A DNA stretch of 63,130 nt, counting the filler, from Folioceros fuciformis (Eukaryota): NCBI GenBank assembly GCA_049999805.1. It is 9 parts of 9 records of this genome, joined end to end, with 100 filler letters (N's around TTAATTAATTAA, not from the genome) between each part and the next. Parts side by side here need not be neighbours in the genome. Positions count along the whole stretch, not along the records: positions 47,890 to 52,385 come from JBNGIO010001596.1; positions 52,486 to 58,392 come from JBNGIO010001597.1; positions 58,493 to 63,130 come from JBNGIO010001598.1; 6 more parts are not named here. One strand, given 5' to 3'. Positions within the stretch are counted from its first letter, which is position 1; every line of letters begins with the position of its first letter. Below the pieces are notes generated by a model. It saw only the letters and a list, made by a program, of their open reading frames with translations, ran no database searches and was not told the DNA's origin. Shown here piece after piece: positions 50,495-63,130 of the stretch. The position numbers and the translations under genes were made by a program.

Positions 50495-51360
50495 CATCCT
50501 CCCATCCCATCCCATCCCATCGCATCGCATCGCATCGCCTCTCCTCCCCTCTCCTCCCTTCCCCTCCCTTCCTTGCTTTCCTCTACCTGAATCCAACGTA
50601 GGGCCTGCAGCGCCTGCAGCCTGTGCAGCCTGTCACCTGCACCCCTCACAACTGCAGCATCCCGCCTCCCTTCCCTACCCTACCCTGGTCATCTCCCAGC
50701 TTCCCACCCTAACTCCTTCAACCCTCTCCATAGCCACAATTTTTCTGTTAGCTGGCAAATCTAGATCGGTTACGATTTATGTTGGAGCCGGGCCCGGGCC
50801 TGGGGCCATCCGCGTCCCCTACCCCAATCCCCGGCTGCTGCTGTGCGAGGCCGAATCCAGAGTCCAGACAGGCGAGGAGAGGCGAGGGAAGGCGAGGAGA
50901 GGCGAGGGAAGGCGAGGCCGGCGCGCATCCCGATTCGGGCTGCGTGCCATGCCATGCCCTGTTCTGCTCTGTTCTGCCCCGCCTCGGACGTCAAACTTCC
51001 AAAACGGAGTCGCCAACAGGCCTAGCCCACAGCCTGTCCAGTGTGGACCCCGTTACACGCCTTTTCCGCATCGTCTCTCTCTCACGAATTCAAGGGCCCA
51101 CTTGCCCTTCGTTCCCGTTTCCTGGACGAATACGAATATGCATTTTTCCGCGATGGCATGCAGGTTTTGCTTTGGGCCGCTTTGCCCCCTCCGGCCCCCT
51201 TGGGGCCTCGGGATTCCTCCGGCGCCCCAACGGAACGCTCTGTGTCGTCCCTCCCTTGCCACTGTTACAACACCGTTGGAATCACCATCCGCCTTTGCCA
51301 TTCCTATTCCTATCGTTAATCCCCCATCCCCATCCCCATCCCCATCCCCATCCCTACCTT
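50495..51360. repeat. Cluster of penta-/hexanucleotide microsatellites: (CCCAT)n, (CGCAT)n, (GGCGA-GGAGA/GGGAA)n, (CCCCAT)n
   Basis: Visible at ~50501-50570, 50871-50917 and 51322-51352. They explain the spurious low-complexity ORFs in this area. Confidence 0.85.
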
Positions 51361-52385
51361 ACTAATAACGGTTTAACTATTCTCTTGTCCATCCATGTTG
51401 CAACTTGCAACAACAAGGAATTCCAATTTTTCCAATCTTATTACCTGTATATATTCTCTCCTTTTATTTTCTTTATTACATAAAAACAATGCTCAGTCAA
51501 TTTTTTTTATACAATTTATTATCTCTCATATATGGAATCTCTCACTTTCTGGCCTCTTCCTATTTCGTGTTTGAACACACAAACCCTCATATTCCTTTCT
51601 GGTGCTCTTCACGAGGTTTGGCACGTGTGTTAACTATGTATCAAAAGTATCACTCACTTTCATTTGCTGAAAATAAGTTCATCATTAATTTACTTTTACT
51701 CAACAACTAAATAATCATATAATCACTCCAACGAGCACTTGAAATTAAGACTTTGCTCTAGGAGCTTGTCTCCTTGTTAACGATGAGCTTAGCTACATCG
51801 TCCCCTTCGACAAGCTCCTCGCTCCTCGTTAACCATGAGCTTAGCTACATCGTCCTCTTCTCGAAACTTCTTGAAATTCTTGAAACTTTCATGTAGCTAT
51901 CGTGATGTGATGTGATGTGATATTGAACTTTGTTGTGATGCAAAACTGGATCAAACCAAAGCAAGGTAGTAAGTGAAAAGGTTTTACATGAATTATGCTT
52001 TGTGGACAAATGGTGCACCCATCTCGAGGGATCACACAACACTCTCATGTTATTCTTATAAATTATTTTATTACAATGCTCCATACCATGTTCCATCTCT
52101 ACTCATGGCACAATGGCAGATCCGGAAAAATGCGCAATATTAAATATATTATATTGTGCATAAAAAAAAGGAAATGAAAACTGGCAGGTGGGTGTAGCAG
52201 AGGGTAAGCGTAAGTAAGAGACAAGTGGTGAAGGTGAAGCGGGGGGGGAATCGAAGGCGGGCCTGGTGGGGCAACATTAAATTGTGGGCAGGCCACTGGG
52301 CCGGGGCTCCTTCCACAACAAGTCACTTGGCGCGGCTGCCCCCTGCCAGCCGTCCATGATCGTCCATCTGTGAAGGATGCACTGA

Positions 52386-52485
52386 NNNNNNNNNNNNNNN
52401 NNNNNNNNNNNNNNNNNNNNNNNNNNNNNTTAATTAATTAANNNNNNNNNNNNNNNNNNNNNNNNNNNNNNNNNNNNNNNNNNNN
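52386..52485. other. Artificial contig spacer
   Basis: N44-TTAATTAATTAA-N44. Confidence 0.98.
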
Positions 52486-54330
52486 GTAGCATCTAACCAC
52501 ATATCTAGTAGCTAGCACAGCCTCCAAACCAGATGCAATCCCAGCAAATTGCTCAACCAAGACCAATCAATACACAAACAAACTCAACGTTACAAGTTTA
52601 TTACACACAGGTTTGCTTCAGTTTGCCATTTTTCAAGCTCTCTAAAAAAATTAGCTAATGCTCTACCAACACTTGCTTTCATTAAATCCTCCTCTAGTTT
52701 GATATTACTACATTCTTTAAAACACAACTTATCCACATGACGCATAGCCCAGAATCTATCATCTTCATCTTCTTCATCCTGTCCATCTAAGGAGGTTGTC
52801 ATGTTCGCTTTGCATGCATTTGGCCCATCCTCCTACAACTACAATTTAAGTGGAATTGTTGCCAATCTCATTCCCTCACCTTGTTACCAACCTAGACGGT
52901 AATAAAACTCTTATGTCCATAAATCCACCCCTCCTTTAGGCATCAACAAAGCTTCCGTCCCGAAGATGACATCAAAATTTCCTGATTTAACAATCAAACA
53001 CTTCATACCAATTATGGTCTCCTCTTCTATTCCAGGCTTAAACATACTTGCAATTTTTCCCTAGTCTTCCCCATCCTTGCCTCCAAACCCCCATTGGCCA
53101 TTCTAATTTTCTATCTTGTCTCCTATATATCCCTCTTCCTCAACCCCATAGATATGCTGCATTGAAATGAATTAATGTAGGCTGTGCCCCCAAATTTGTC
53201 AACACCCTTTTTGGCGCAAAACCATCTATCAAAAACTCGCATCCACTGTTATCCAAAAATGCAATTCTCAGTCTAACTTTTGATCTCTCTTCATTATTTC
53301 AACTATTATTGTTTAAACAAAGTGAAATCATCTTGTTCAACTCATTACTCTCATCAGACCAATCCAAAATTACGTCCTGCAAAAGTTCTCAAATTTTTGC
53401 TTCGCTCACTCCCACCTTGACACCCAACTCTAACATGCTCCGAATACAACCAATCAAATCACTCTGAAACACCTGTCTTTCTTACTCCCCCGTTGTTCTA
53501 TCACCTTCACTACTCTCTCACGCACCCTCTTACTAAAATCTTTTACATCCACATCCACATCCAAAACTTCAAATGATTGTGGATACTTCCATCCTGCCAC
53601 CATCGATCTTCCATGATCCTTATTCTGATCTCCAAACCTTGTGTTGTGCTTTCTTTGTACATCTTCTACTCCTAATGCATCTTCCATGTCCATCTCACAA
53701 ACAAACGCATCCAACTGAAATTCCTTATAAGCCTTCATCTCTTCACTCTACTCTTTCATTTTCTCCATTGTCTTAACTTCCTTGATCTTGACTCCGCTAT
53801 TATGGATGCTAGCCGCCTTCAATCTATCGATTTCAGCCTTTAAATCTACTATATGTAACTCCAACAATGTGTGAGACTTCTCCACCTATGACTACTCAAG
53901 TTATCTCCACAAGATCCCCTGAACAGATTTCCTCTTGCTCTTTGCACATGCCTAACATTCTTAATATTTTGCCCCCTTAGACCAAACTTTGTAGGTTTGA
54001 GAGATGGATACTTTTGCCAGTTGACTTTTTCCAGATGACCCTTTTCCCACAACGTTTACAACCCACATCCTTGTTAATCAAACATTCCATCATCACATGT
54101 GCACCGCTTCCACATCGCAAACATTTTATTCCCTTATCCGTTTCCACATTCATGACAGGCTTCATATCCTTGTTATCCACTCTTGGCGCATTCGCTTGTT
54201 GCTGCCAATTTGGTCTCCATCTAGGCAAATAATTATGTCGAGGAATTGCTACGGAAAATGAACCTCCCCTTCTATATGTTCCAACTTTTCTTCCTGTTAA
54301 ATACAGTACTTTGACCCAAGTAAACATTGC
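52486..54330 (-). mobile_element. Degenerate Ty3/Gypsy gag-protease remnant
   Basis: Zinc knuckles CLRCGSGAHVMMEC and CKRCGKR.., followed by protease-like fragments with many stops and frameshifts. Confidence 0.7.
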
Positions 54331-54349
54331 TACCTCTTAGGGTTAGTGA

Positions 54350-54490
54350 CGGTTGTATACCGTTTCAATTTCTCGGTTCATATACTTTTAGTTGTTTTCA
54401 TTTTATGTCTTAATGCAAGTTTACCTTTGTGATATGATGCGCTTAAGGCCGTATGCGTGTTGATCACAAATCTCAACATGGCATCAGAGC
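54350..54490 (+). mobile_element. LTR 3' end plus tRNA-iMet primer-binding site; LTR 5' boundary uncertain
   Basis: ...TCTCAACA is followed by TGGCATCAGAGC (54479-54490), a one-mismatch match to the canonical PBS TGGTATCAGAGC. Confidence 0.7.
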
Positions 54491-55199
54491 TTAGGCTCTG
54501 GTTCCTCTTGAAAAAGTTAATTTGCAATCTCTAGTTCTATGGATAATAAGAAATCCCAATGTAATAAGAAATCCTAATGTTTCTTTATTGGGTTCTTCAT
54601 GTAAGTTCTAATGATTAGGAGGCACAATGCCTCGCAAATCAGGCTTCAGGGATGCATGGTCCGACTCTGCCAAATTTGGTAGGTCAAGGTCGTCGGATCC
54701 TCGTGATCTATTGAATTTTCAAGAGGAATTTGAACACTTATATTTCAAGAAAACAGTTTGTGGAACGCGGGTTTTTGGCAAGTATCCGCAGTACGTAGGG
54801 AGCGGTTAATAACATTTTCATTTTTGTTTGGTCTTGGTTTGGTACGTTAGATGAGTGGCAATAATAAGGGGTAGTATTGTAAATGGCTACCTATAGGGAA
54901 GTATGCCGACGTAGGGAGGACATCTATGTGGGAGGTAGTGCCTAAATAAGAAATATAGTTGTGAAGGGCAAGCTACCTACACAAAAGGGGACACCTACGT
55001 AGGGTATCTATTAAGGGCAGTTACTACATATAGAAGTATACCTACGACAAGAGGGAATTTAAAGGGGATCCCTACCTAAGGTGACCCATCAATGAAGAGT
55101 GCTCACCTCCACGTAGGGAACTACATCTACCTACATAGCGGGGAACAAGGAAGTAGCTGTGCGATAAGATACCTACGCCGGGGACCTACTTGTGGTGAC

Positions 55200-56570
55200 C
55201 AAGCGGACTTAGAGCAAGAGAAAGGACTTTGTTGAGATGAGAGCCATAGGGAGGAACGGTGCAGGGGACGTGAAATCAGCTAGACAAGGATTCACAAGTT
55301 GGGAGCAGTTGCCTATGGAGGTAGGGGTATAAACTTGCGTAAAGGAGGGCAATCGACGTTCCTGGGGTTTTGTTCCATCAACTATGGTGCGGACCTCCAA
55401 CAACACTCAGGTGGGTTCCGGTAGTAAGGGACGACCCACGAGGGCAGCCTACTCTCCCCGAACCAATGTTCCGTCCTTTTTCTACTTCGGGGGCCGATTG
55501 AACTCAAGGTATTTGATAGACCTACGGACTTGGGCATGTGACACAAACATCCAGCTTGAATAAATATATGGCAGACACTGGTCGTATGTTCATGAAGGCT
55601 TGGTGAAGGAGTGTTATACCAACCTACAACAATCAAAGGAGGAGTTGGAAGCCCTACCTGAACGAAACGCGAGGATTGACCCTCGGTGTTGGACTGTCCA
55701 AAGCATCTGACAGGCGTACGGTAGGTCGGCAGAGGAGAGCAATGGTATTGGGATCCTGGATAAAACCATAGATGGGTGGAGGTCACCCAGCACCACCCTA
55801 TCATTTAGGGCACTAGAATTGCTGTTGGGAGGGGAGCTAGCAAGAACCAAGAACGGGTGGAGGATTGAGAGGATCAAGGAGCTCAAATGACGGTTGTTCA
55901 CTAAGGTGGTTCTTGGATTAGTGAACTATCAACGCACCTCATATTTCAGCAATGCTTTCCTCCACTTCCTTTCGAGAGTGACTCAAGGAGCAAAGCCAGA
56001 CTGGGGGTTAATTATGTATAAGGCGTATACCTACCACAGGGAGAAGTTGCTCAAGTCGAACAGTAGGGAGGGGGGGAGTGCACGTCCCTGCTACCTCTCG
56101 ACTTACTTGGTGCACTTATGGAAGACAGAATGGTTGTTAACACAAGAAGAGTTGGAGGAGGCGGAACAACCTTTTGTAGTTGTCCCGTTGCAAGGGGAGG
56201 CTTTTATCTCCGGTGGAGTGTTGACCCCTCTTACGGATGAGGAGTCCCCACTTGATTCTGAATTAGCCATGGCAGCCTATGATGAGTCTCATGAAGATGA
56301 CACCCCGTGGATACGGAGACCTAGGGAGCAGCAAAGGGACAGAAGACTACCATCAGTCACCACCCCAATCGAGATGGAGATAGTGAGGGATCCTAGACCA
56401 AGCCAGCCAATAGTTGAAGTAGGGTACCAGGGAGGGGATTTGGCAATGACACCAGTAGTGCAAGCACAGAGTGGAGCACCAGATCTGGGGAGAAGGAGCC
56501 CAGTGAATTGGGAGGCAGCCCAAGGAGCCCACACCACAAGCCAAGGTAACATCACTTCGTTGGGAGTGTG
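55200..56570 (+). mobile_element. Retrotransposon-associated accessory ORF remnant
   Basis: FTKVVLGLVNYQRTSYFSN..PDWGLIMY..PCYLSTYLVHLWKTEWLLT. Preceded by repeated CTACCTAC/CGTAGGG motifs and lying between the PBS and the pol fragments. Confidence 0.5.
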
Positions 56571-58392
56571 GAGCAACATCATTCGATGTGGCCAACAGCT
56601 ACAAAACATCAATTGGGGAGAGGTTCGTGCAATGATTGCAGCCCTACTCTTGTTGATGGCACCCTCTCCAGCTCATACAAGGAGTCACTGCTCTGGCACT
56701 GCAGGGCAGGTCATATGAACCCTCGATACTTGAGTCAATTAGCCAATCCAGACATGTATAAAGACCCTATCAAGCTTAAGGTACCTTCAGACTTCTTTTG
56801 TGAGATCTGTCAGTATACGAAACTAAACCATAACCCCTTTACCAATACTACTCCAACTCGTGCCCGCAAGCTCCTAGAAGTTGTACACTCAGACATTTGC
56901 TGTCCCATGAGCACTACGTCTTTTGGGGGGCATCAATACTTCATTACCTTCCTCGATGAGTGGAGTTGTTACTGTCTTATCTTTTTCCTTAAACACAAGA
57001 GCAAAGCCCTTGCCCGCTTTCAAGAGTTTGTCTCCTTGGCTGAACGCCACACTGGATTCTAGGTCACAGTCCTCCGCTCAGATAACGGCGGGGAATACAT
57101 TAGCCATGAATTTCACCAGTTTTGCCAAACCCACGGCATTCAACGTCAGTACACTGTTCCTTACACACCTCAACAAAACCCATTTGCCGAAAGACTTAAC
57201 AGGTCCATCCTCGAAATCTCCCGCTCTCTCCTTAAGCTTTCAGGCCTCTCTCGTGGCTATTGGGCCGAAGCAGTCTCCACAGCTACCTACCTTAAAAACC
57301 GTCTGCCCACCAAGGATCTGCCTAATACTACTCCCTTTGAGCGCTGGACAGGTCGCAAGCCTCGCATCTCTCACTTCCGTATTTTTGGTAGTCCAGCCTT
57401 TGCTCATATAGCCTCAAGCACCAGAAAAAAATGGGACGACAAGGGAAGGAAGCTCCTGTTCATAGGCAACTCCAATCAAGTCAAAGCTTACAAACTCTTC
57501 GATCCCTCAACTCATGAGGTAACCCTCTCCTGCAGTGTTCACTTCAATGAACCTCTCTTGCTCCAAACCTACCTCCATAGCACGTCTACATCAACTCCAC
57601 TTCCCAAACCTGGTCTTCATGGTTATCCCCCTCTTGATCTTGAGGGGGGCACACACGATGACGATATTTACTCCTCCGATCAGTCATCCTCCTTCCAAGA
57701 TCAAGAGGCCCTCACATTACCTCCATTAGCAGTACGAGAGGTAAATTCTAATCAACCTGTAAGTTCTGAACCTCCTCACTTACCAGATGTACAGACTTTA
57801 AGACGCTCTTCCAGGCATAGACCTCCCAGGACCGAGTGGTCGGATCCACCCTATACTCCAGGAGACACATTGGTCAGTAGGATCTCCTCCCCCAGTGCAT
57901 CCCTACCTTCAGATGCACCGACACCAGTCGATCAGGCACACCTCGCCATGCATTAAGCCTTATCAGCTATTGAAATGCAAGGAGTACCTGCAACAATTGA
58001 GGAAGCTCTCAACATACCCGAATGGAAAGCAGCGGTACAATCTGAATACGACTCACTTCTTTCAAATAAAAACCTGGATCCTTACTGACTTACCACAGGG
58101 TAGAAAGCCAATTTCTTGTAAGTGGACTTTCCGGAGAAAGCTCAACCCAGATGGAAGCGTGTCACGGTATAAGGCCAGGCTCGTAGCCCGGGGATTTACC
58201 CAAATCCCAGGTTTCGACTATGAGGAAACTAAGCTGTTTAGCCCAGTAGTAAAGGCAGCATCCATCAGAGTTCTCTTGGCATTTGCCGCACAACATAAGC
58301 TCGATATCCACCAGCTCGATATCAAAACGGCTTTCCTGCATGGGACACTACATGAAGACATATATATGCTTCAGCCACCTGGATTTGTGCAG
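56570..58392 (+). mobile_element. Ty1/Copia pol pseudogene (GAG-pre-integrase, integrase core, RT N-terminus)
   Basis: LLWHCRAGHMN, CEICQYTK, LEVVHSDICCP, LRSDNGGEY, YTPQQNPFAER, WILTDLPQGRKPISCKWTF, YKARLVARGFTQ and HQLDIKTAFLHG. In-frame stop at ~57060 and a frameshift near 58075. Confidence 0.92.
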
Positions 58393-58492
58393 NNNNNNNN
58401 NNNNNNNNNNNNNNNNNNNNNNNNNNNNNNNNNNNNTTAATTAATTAANNNNNNNNNNNNNNNNNNNNNNNNNNNNNNNNNNNNNNNNNNNN
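58393..58492. other. Artificial contig spacer
   Basis: N44-TTAATTAATTAA-N44. Confidence 0.98.
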
Positions 58493-60745
58493 GGCATAAC
58501 ATTTGAGCAGAGGAATAAAAAACTCAGACAAGCTATGGATTTAAATACAATTAAGTGGCTTATGATGTCTATAAAAGTTTATCAACAGTGGAAGAAAAGT
58601 GGAAATTTATTTTGAATACAAGGTTGGGGGAATGTAGTTTGGGTAAAGTAAAAAGAGGTGGAGGTCTAGATGTTGGGGGGGAGATTAAAAGGATGAGAGA
58701 GCATGATGAGGTTTAAGGTGATGAGGTTAAGCAGAACAAGCAAAAGAGATATGGGAAAAAGACTGCAGAGGTGGAGAGGGGAGCTGGAAGTATTGTTAGC
58801 TTAGGTTGTGAGGTCAAAATTTGTGAGAAACAAGAACATATGGGCTTTCAGTGGGATATTTCTGATGAGATGAATCTTGAAGATAGGGAGGATTTTGCAA
58901 AGATTTTGGGAAGTAGCAAGCAAGTATTTGCTTTTTGCAATAAGGAGTTGGGCAGGCACAAGACGTTTAAGTTTAAGATTCGACTTAGAACTTCTAAACT
59001 GGTTTTTAGAAGGCCATATCATTTGAGTAAGCTAGAGAATGAGATTGTGTATAAGAAGTGTCAAGAGTTACTGGAAGCTGGATTGATAAGGTCTTCGGAG
59101 TCAGAGTATGCATCAGTTACAGTACTTCCGCCAAAGAAAGATGTGCATGGCAATTGCACAGAAAAGAGAATGTGTGGTGATTATAGGCCGCTTAATAAAT
59201 TGAACCTATGGATAGATATCGAATGCTGACCCCAAAGGAAATTTTTGATGCAATTGGGGAGTGTACGATATTTTCAACATTGGATTTGAGGGGCGGTTTT
59301 AATCAAATTGAAATTGAAGAGGAAGATAAGAAGAAAACAGCTTTTTAGGGTAATAGATATTTGTGGGAATGGGTGGTTATTCCGTTTGGATTGAAGAATG
59401 CTCCTAGTGCTTTTCAGAGGGCGATGGATCAAGCATTGAGAGGTTTGTCGTTTACTCGATGTTATATAGATGATGTAATAATCTTCAGAAGCGGTGTGGA
59501 GGAACATAAGGAGCATGTTAGGCGAGTGTTGGATAGACTGAAGGAGGTTGGTTTGACATGTCATGCACAAAAGTGCAAGTTTGGATCTTCCAAGATAGCA
59601 TATTTGGGGCATTTTATAGTGCCCAAGGGAAAGGCACCGTCTGATGTCAAGGTTGAGGCGATAGCAAAAATGATCCCACCTTCAGATGTGAGAACTTTGC
59701 ACTCCTTGTTAGGGTTGGTAAATTATCATCGCAATTTTGTGGCAAACCATAGTGTGGTGGTGAAACATGTGACAATGTTGTTAAAGAAAGATGCAGTGTG
59801 GGTTTGGGGAGAAGATCAGCAGAGAGCGTTTAAGGAGATAAAGGACATTTTGATGAGCAAGCCTTTATTCACAAGACCCAATTTTGATAGAAAGTTTAAG
59901 CTATATACGGATTGGAGCAAACTTGGTTTGGGAGTAGTGCTGGCGTAGGATGATGAGAATGGAGTGGAGCATGTGATAGCGTATGCAAGTAGGAGTAATA
60001 ATTCTGTAGAGAGTAATTATTCCTCTTATCATGGAGAATTTTTGGCGGCGAGTATGGGCGGTATCACATTTTAGGCCTTATTTATTTGGTATTTAGTTTG
60101 AGCTGGTGACGGATCATCAACCTTTGAAGTGGTTGATGAAGAGTGAAAAGTTGACAGGAAAATTAGCAAGGTGGGTGCTTATTTTGCAGGAGTATAATTT
60201 TTCTATTGAGCATAGGGCGGGACTGAAACACGCAAATGCAGATGTGTTGTCAAAGAATCCATTAGGAAGTTCAGAAGATTCAACAGTTGCTAGGTAGGAT
60301 TTTGATAAGAATGTAAGGGTTGATTGTAACTTGGTGGTGTCTAGATGGACACCGAGTGCGTACCTGGTGAATTTGGTGGAATTGGGAGTTTCTTCGGTGT
60401 CAGTGGATGTGTGGGAAGACAAGAATACATTGGAGAGGGTGATGACGGGTAGTAATCAAGAGATGTTGGCGGTGAGGGAGAGTGATAGAGTGACAAAACG
60501 AAGTAGGAGGTATGTATGGGTTGACAATAAGTTGTTGTTTAAGGATAACATGAAGATGGTACCAAGACCGGAGGAGTTAGAGTTATGACATTTTGGTACA
60601 AATGAACATTGAGTTTACTCATGAACAATTATTATTGGAAAGGAATGATGGAGGTGGTTGAGAAGGTGGTGTCTACTTGTGAGGTTTGTGATAGGGTGAA
60701 AGCAAGTTTTTCAGGCAAAACTTCTCAGCTTCATCTGCTACCTAT
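58493..60745 (+). mobile_element. Ty3/Gypsy pol pseudogene (RT, RNase H, integrase Zn finger)
   Basis: RMCGDYRPLN, PFGLKNAPSAFQR, YIDDVIIF, LYTDWSKLGLGVVL, TDHQPLKWL..GKLARW and YYWKGM..CEVC. Several stops and frameshifts; interrupted by a Copia LTR at 60746. Confidence 0.93.
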
Positions 60746-61006
60746 TGTTAGAAATCAAGCTCTAACTGAATTGTTATTAAGAGCATACAACAGTTAGGAT
60801 AGTGTAGATTATCCCATATTGAACTCGTAGTTATCTATCACCTAAGTGTTATCAGGATATATCAGGATATACTAGGATATTACACCCTTGAGACTAAGGC
60901 TTACCTTATCGAGGGTTGCCTCGCCTGAAGGCTATATATGTAGCATCCTGTGCACCATAAGTAAGGAACTGTGGAGTCCTTCTAAGCCTGTGGTGCTATT
61001 TCAACA
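60746..61006 (+). mobile_element. 5' LTR (261 bp) of a Ty1/Copia element
   Basis: TGTTAG...TTCAACA termini, internal TATA (GCTATATATG at ~60931), followed directly by the PBS TGGTATCAGAGC (61007-61018). Confidence 0.88.
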
Positions 61007-61018
61007 TGGTATCAGAGC

Positions 61019-63130
61019 CAGAGAGAGAGTGCCGGTGCCAGAACTATGGAAATGTCACACATTCTAGGAAAATCCAGTTGAAGTAGCAGTTCAATAACTT
61101 GTCACGAGGTAGCAGATCCATACTCGTGTATACAACAGGGGTGAAGACCATAGCTGATCAGCTTGCTACAATCAGTGCAAGTGTGACAGAAGATGACATG
61201 GTTGCAGTTACTGTGAACGGACTTGGCAAGGAGTACAAGTCCTTTGACACATCAATCTTTGTGAGAGTTGAGTTCCCAAGTTGGGATGAATTGGTTGCTT
61301 TGTTGCTGCATGAGGAAGTTAAGCTTGGTCTGAACACAGGTTCAGGTATATCTCAAGGGAGAGACCCTGTTTTGTTTTCTAACCAGCGTGGGAGAGGCCA
61401 CAGAGGTTGTGGTTCATTCCGAGGATGGGGTGATGCTCGGAACACGCAGAATCAGCAAGACAATTGGCGTGGAGGAAATGCGCAAGGCCAGAGAGAATCT
61501 GGAAGTTTTAGAGGTGCAGGTAGAGCCACGAGAGGAAGAGATGGTTCTTTTCAATCTCATGACCATTCCAATAGAGACAAGGAGTGTTACTACTGTGGTA
61601 AGGTTGGTCATATTGCTAAGGACTGCTATAAGCAGCAAGCAGACATGAGAGGAAAAGGAAGGCAGCATGGGAACTATGCCTCCTCTAGTAATGCTGGAAA
61701 TGACCAGGATAGGTTGTTCGCCATGCAACATCTCTCTGAACAGGATGGGCAGAATGATGAGAGATGGTACATTGATTCAGGAGCATCAAACCCCATGACT
61801 CCGCATGGCGAGTGGTTTAACAAGATGGATGCAAGTCCCCATGGCCATGTGTGTACAGGAGATGACACACAACATGACATAAAGCACAGAGGAATTGTTC
61901 CTCTTAGGATGCCGAATGGTCAGCAGAAGAGTCTGCAAGATGTGTTGCATGTTCCAACCATTACGAAGAACCTGTTGTCTGTTGGACAGATGGCTGAACA
62001 AAATCTGCAGGTTCGATTCAATAAAGATGGATGCTTTATTGAAGAATATGACAGAGGGCGCAAACTGATTGCTAAAGGTAATAGGAATGGACGGATGTTC
62101 ACTCTGGATGCACCCATTCCAGAGCTAAATGCAGCAATGTTTGCAAATGATGCAGGTGCCATACGTGATGTTGAAATATGACATAAGAGGATTGGGCATG
62201 TGAACATAGAGAAGCTGAAATCTATGCAACAGAAAGGCGTGGTGGAAGGATTGCCCACGTTCAAGTATGTTGATCTTGGTTATGTGTGTTCTGCATGTCA
62301 ATTTGGAAAACAATCAAGGTTTCCATTTGTGCGACACGTGCAGAACAGCTCGAGACCTTTGCAATTGATACACTCTGATGTATGGGGTCCTTCACAGAAT
62401 GCATCGTTTGGAGGAGCCCACTACTATGTCTCCTTCATTGATGATTTCAACAGGCACGCGTGGCTGTACATATTGAAGCATAAGGATGAAGTGTTTGAGT
62501 CTTTCAAGGACTTCAAAAAGCATGCTGAAAATGAATTCAGCTGCTCCATCTCTTGTCTAAGATCAGATGGAGGGGGAGAATATGTCTCAAATGAGTTTGA
62601 CAGGTATCTTGCAGATCATGGTATACGAAGACAACTGACTTGTAGATACACACCACAGCAGAATGGTGTTGCAAAGAGGAAGAACAGGGTAGTCATGGAA
62701 ACAGCAAGGGCAATGCTGAATGAGAAGTGCTTACCTAATGATTATTGGGCAGAAGCAGTGATGACAACAGTGTATGTACTGAATCAAACTCCTACGGCAG
62801 GAATTCATGATGCTACACCAATTGAGAGACTGTATGGCTATAAGCCGGATATTAGGCACTTGAAAGTGTTTGGGTGCATTGCATATGTGCATGTACCTGA
62901 TGAGAAGAGTAGGAAGCTGGATCCTAAAGCAGTGAAGAGTGTTTTTCTGGGGTATGCACGAAATAGGAAGGCATGTAAGTGTTATGTGCCATCCACACAT
63001 GAGATCCTGATAAGCAGGGATGTGGTATTTGATGAGTTAGCCTCCTGGTATAGCAACTCAGTTGCACTACCCTATGACAAACCCACAGGGGAGAGTACTA
63101 TTAAGAGTACTCCAGCAAAGAGTGAGGATG
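61019..63130 (+). mobile_element. Ty1/Copia gag-pol (N-terminally truncated gag, Zn knuckle, protease, integrase); runs off the window end
   Basis: CYYCGKVGHIAKDC, WYIDSGASNPMT, DVLHVPTITKNLLSVGQ, I*HKRIGH (W to TGA at 62179-62181), IHSDVWGP, LRSDGGGEY, YTPQQNGVA and KLDPKAVK..FLGY. Confidence 0.95.

Noticed and set aside
50451-51483. 304-aa and 234-aa ORFs
   Set aside because: Low-complexity translations of microsatellite-rich sequence.

Overview
Eukaryotic nuclear DNA from a land plant with a compact, GC-rich, short-intron genome. A hornwort or lycophyte-type non-seed plant is my best guess; this is inference only. The window is not one locus: nine contigs are joined by eight identical artificial 100-bp spacers (44 N + TTAATTAATTAA + 44 N), so adjacency across spacers has no biological meaning. 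Recognisable genes, in order: LNK clock co-activator, membrane-anchored A1 aspartic protease, POLAR-like protein, DA1/DAR UIM-LIM peptidase, two tandem divergent bHLH genes, clade A PP2C, tRNA-Thr(AGT), intronless NDUFV1 head-to-head with translin, an intronless orphan ORF, an intronless GT61 glycosyltransferase, and NC2beta/Dr1. The last 11 kb is decayed, nested Gypsy and Copia retrotransposon sequence. Best leads: the orphan ORF at 38868-39485 (resembles an uncharacterised fungal/protist family, possible HGT), the divergent bHLH pair, an in-frame uORF abutting the LNK start, a duplicated splice donor in translin, and a possible unannotated Cys-rich gene after LNK. Family calls come from motif recognition, not database searches.
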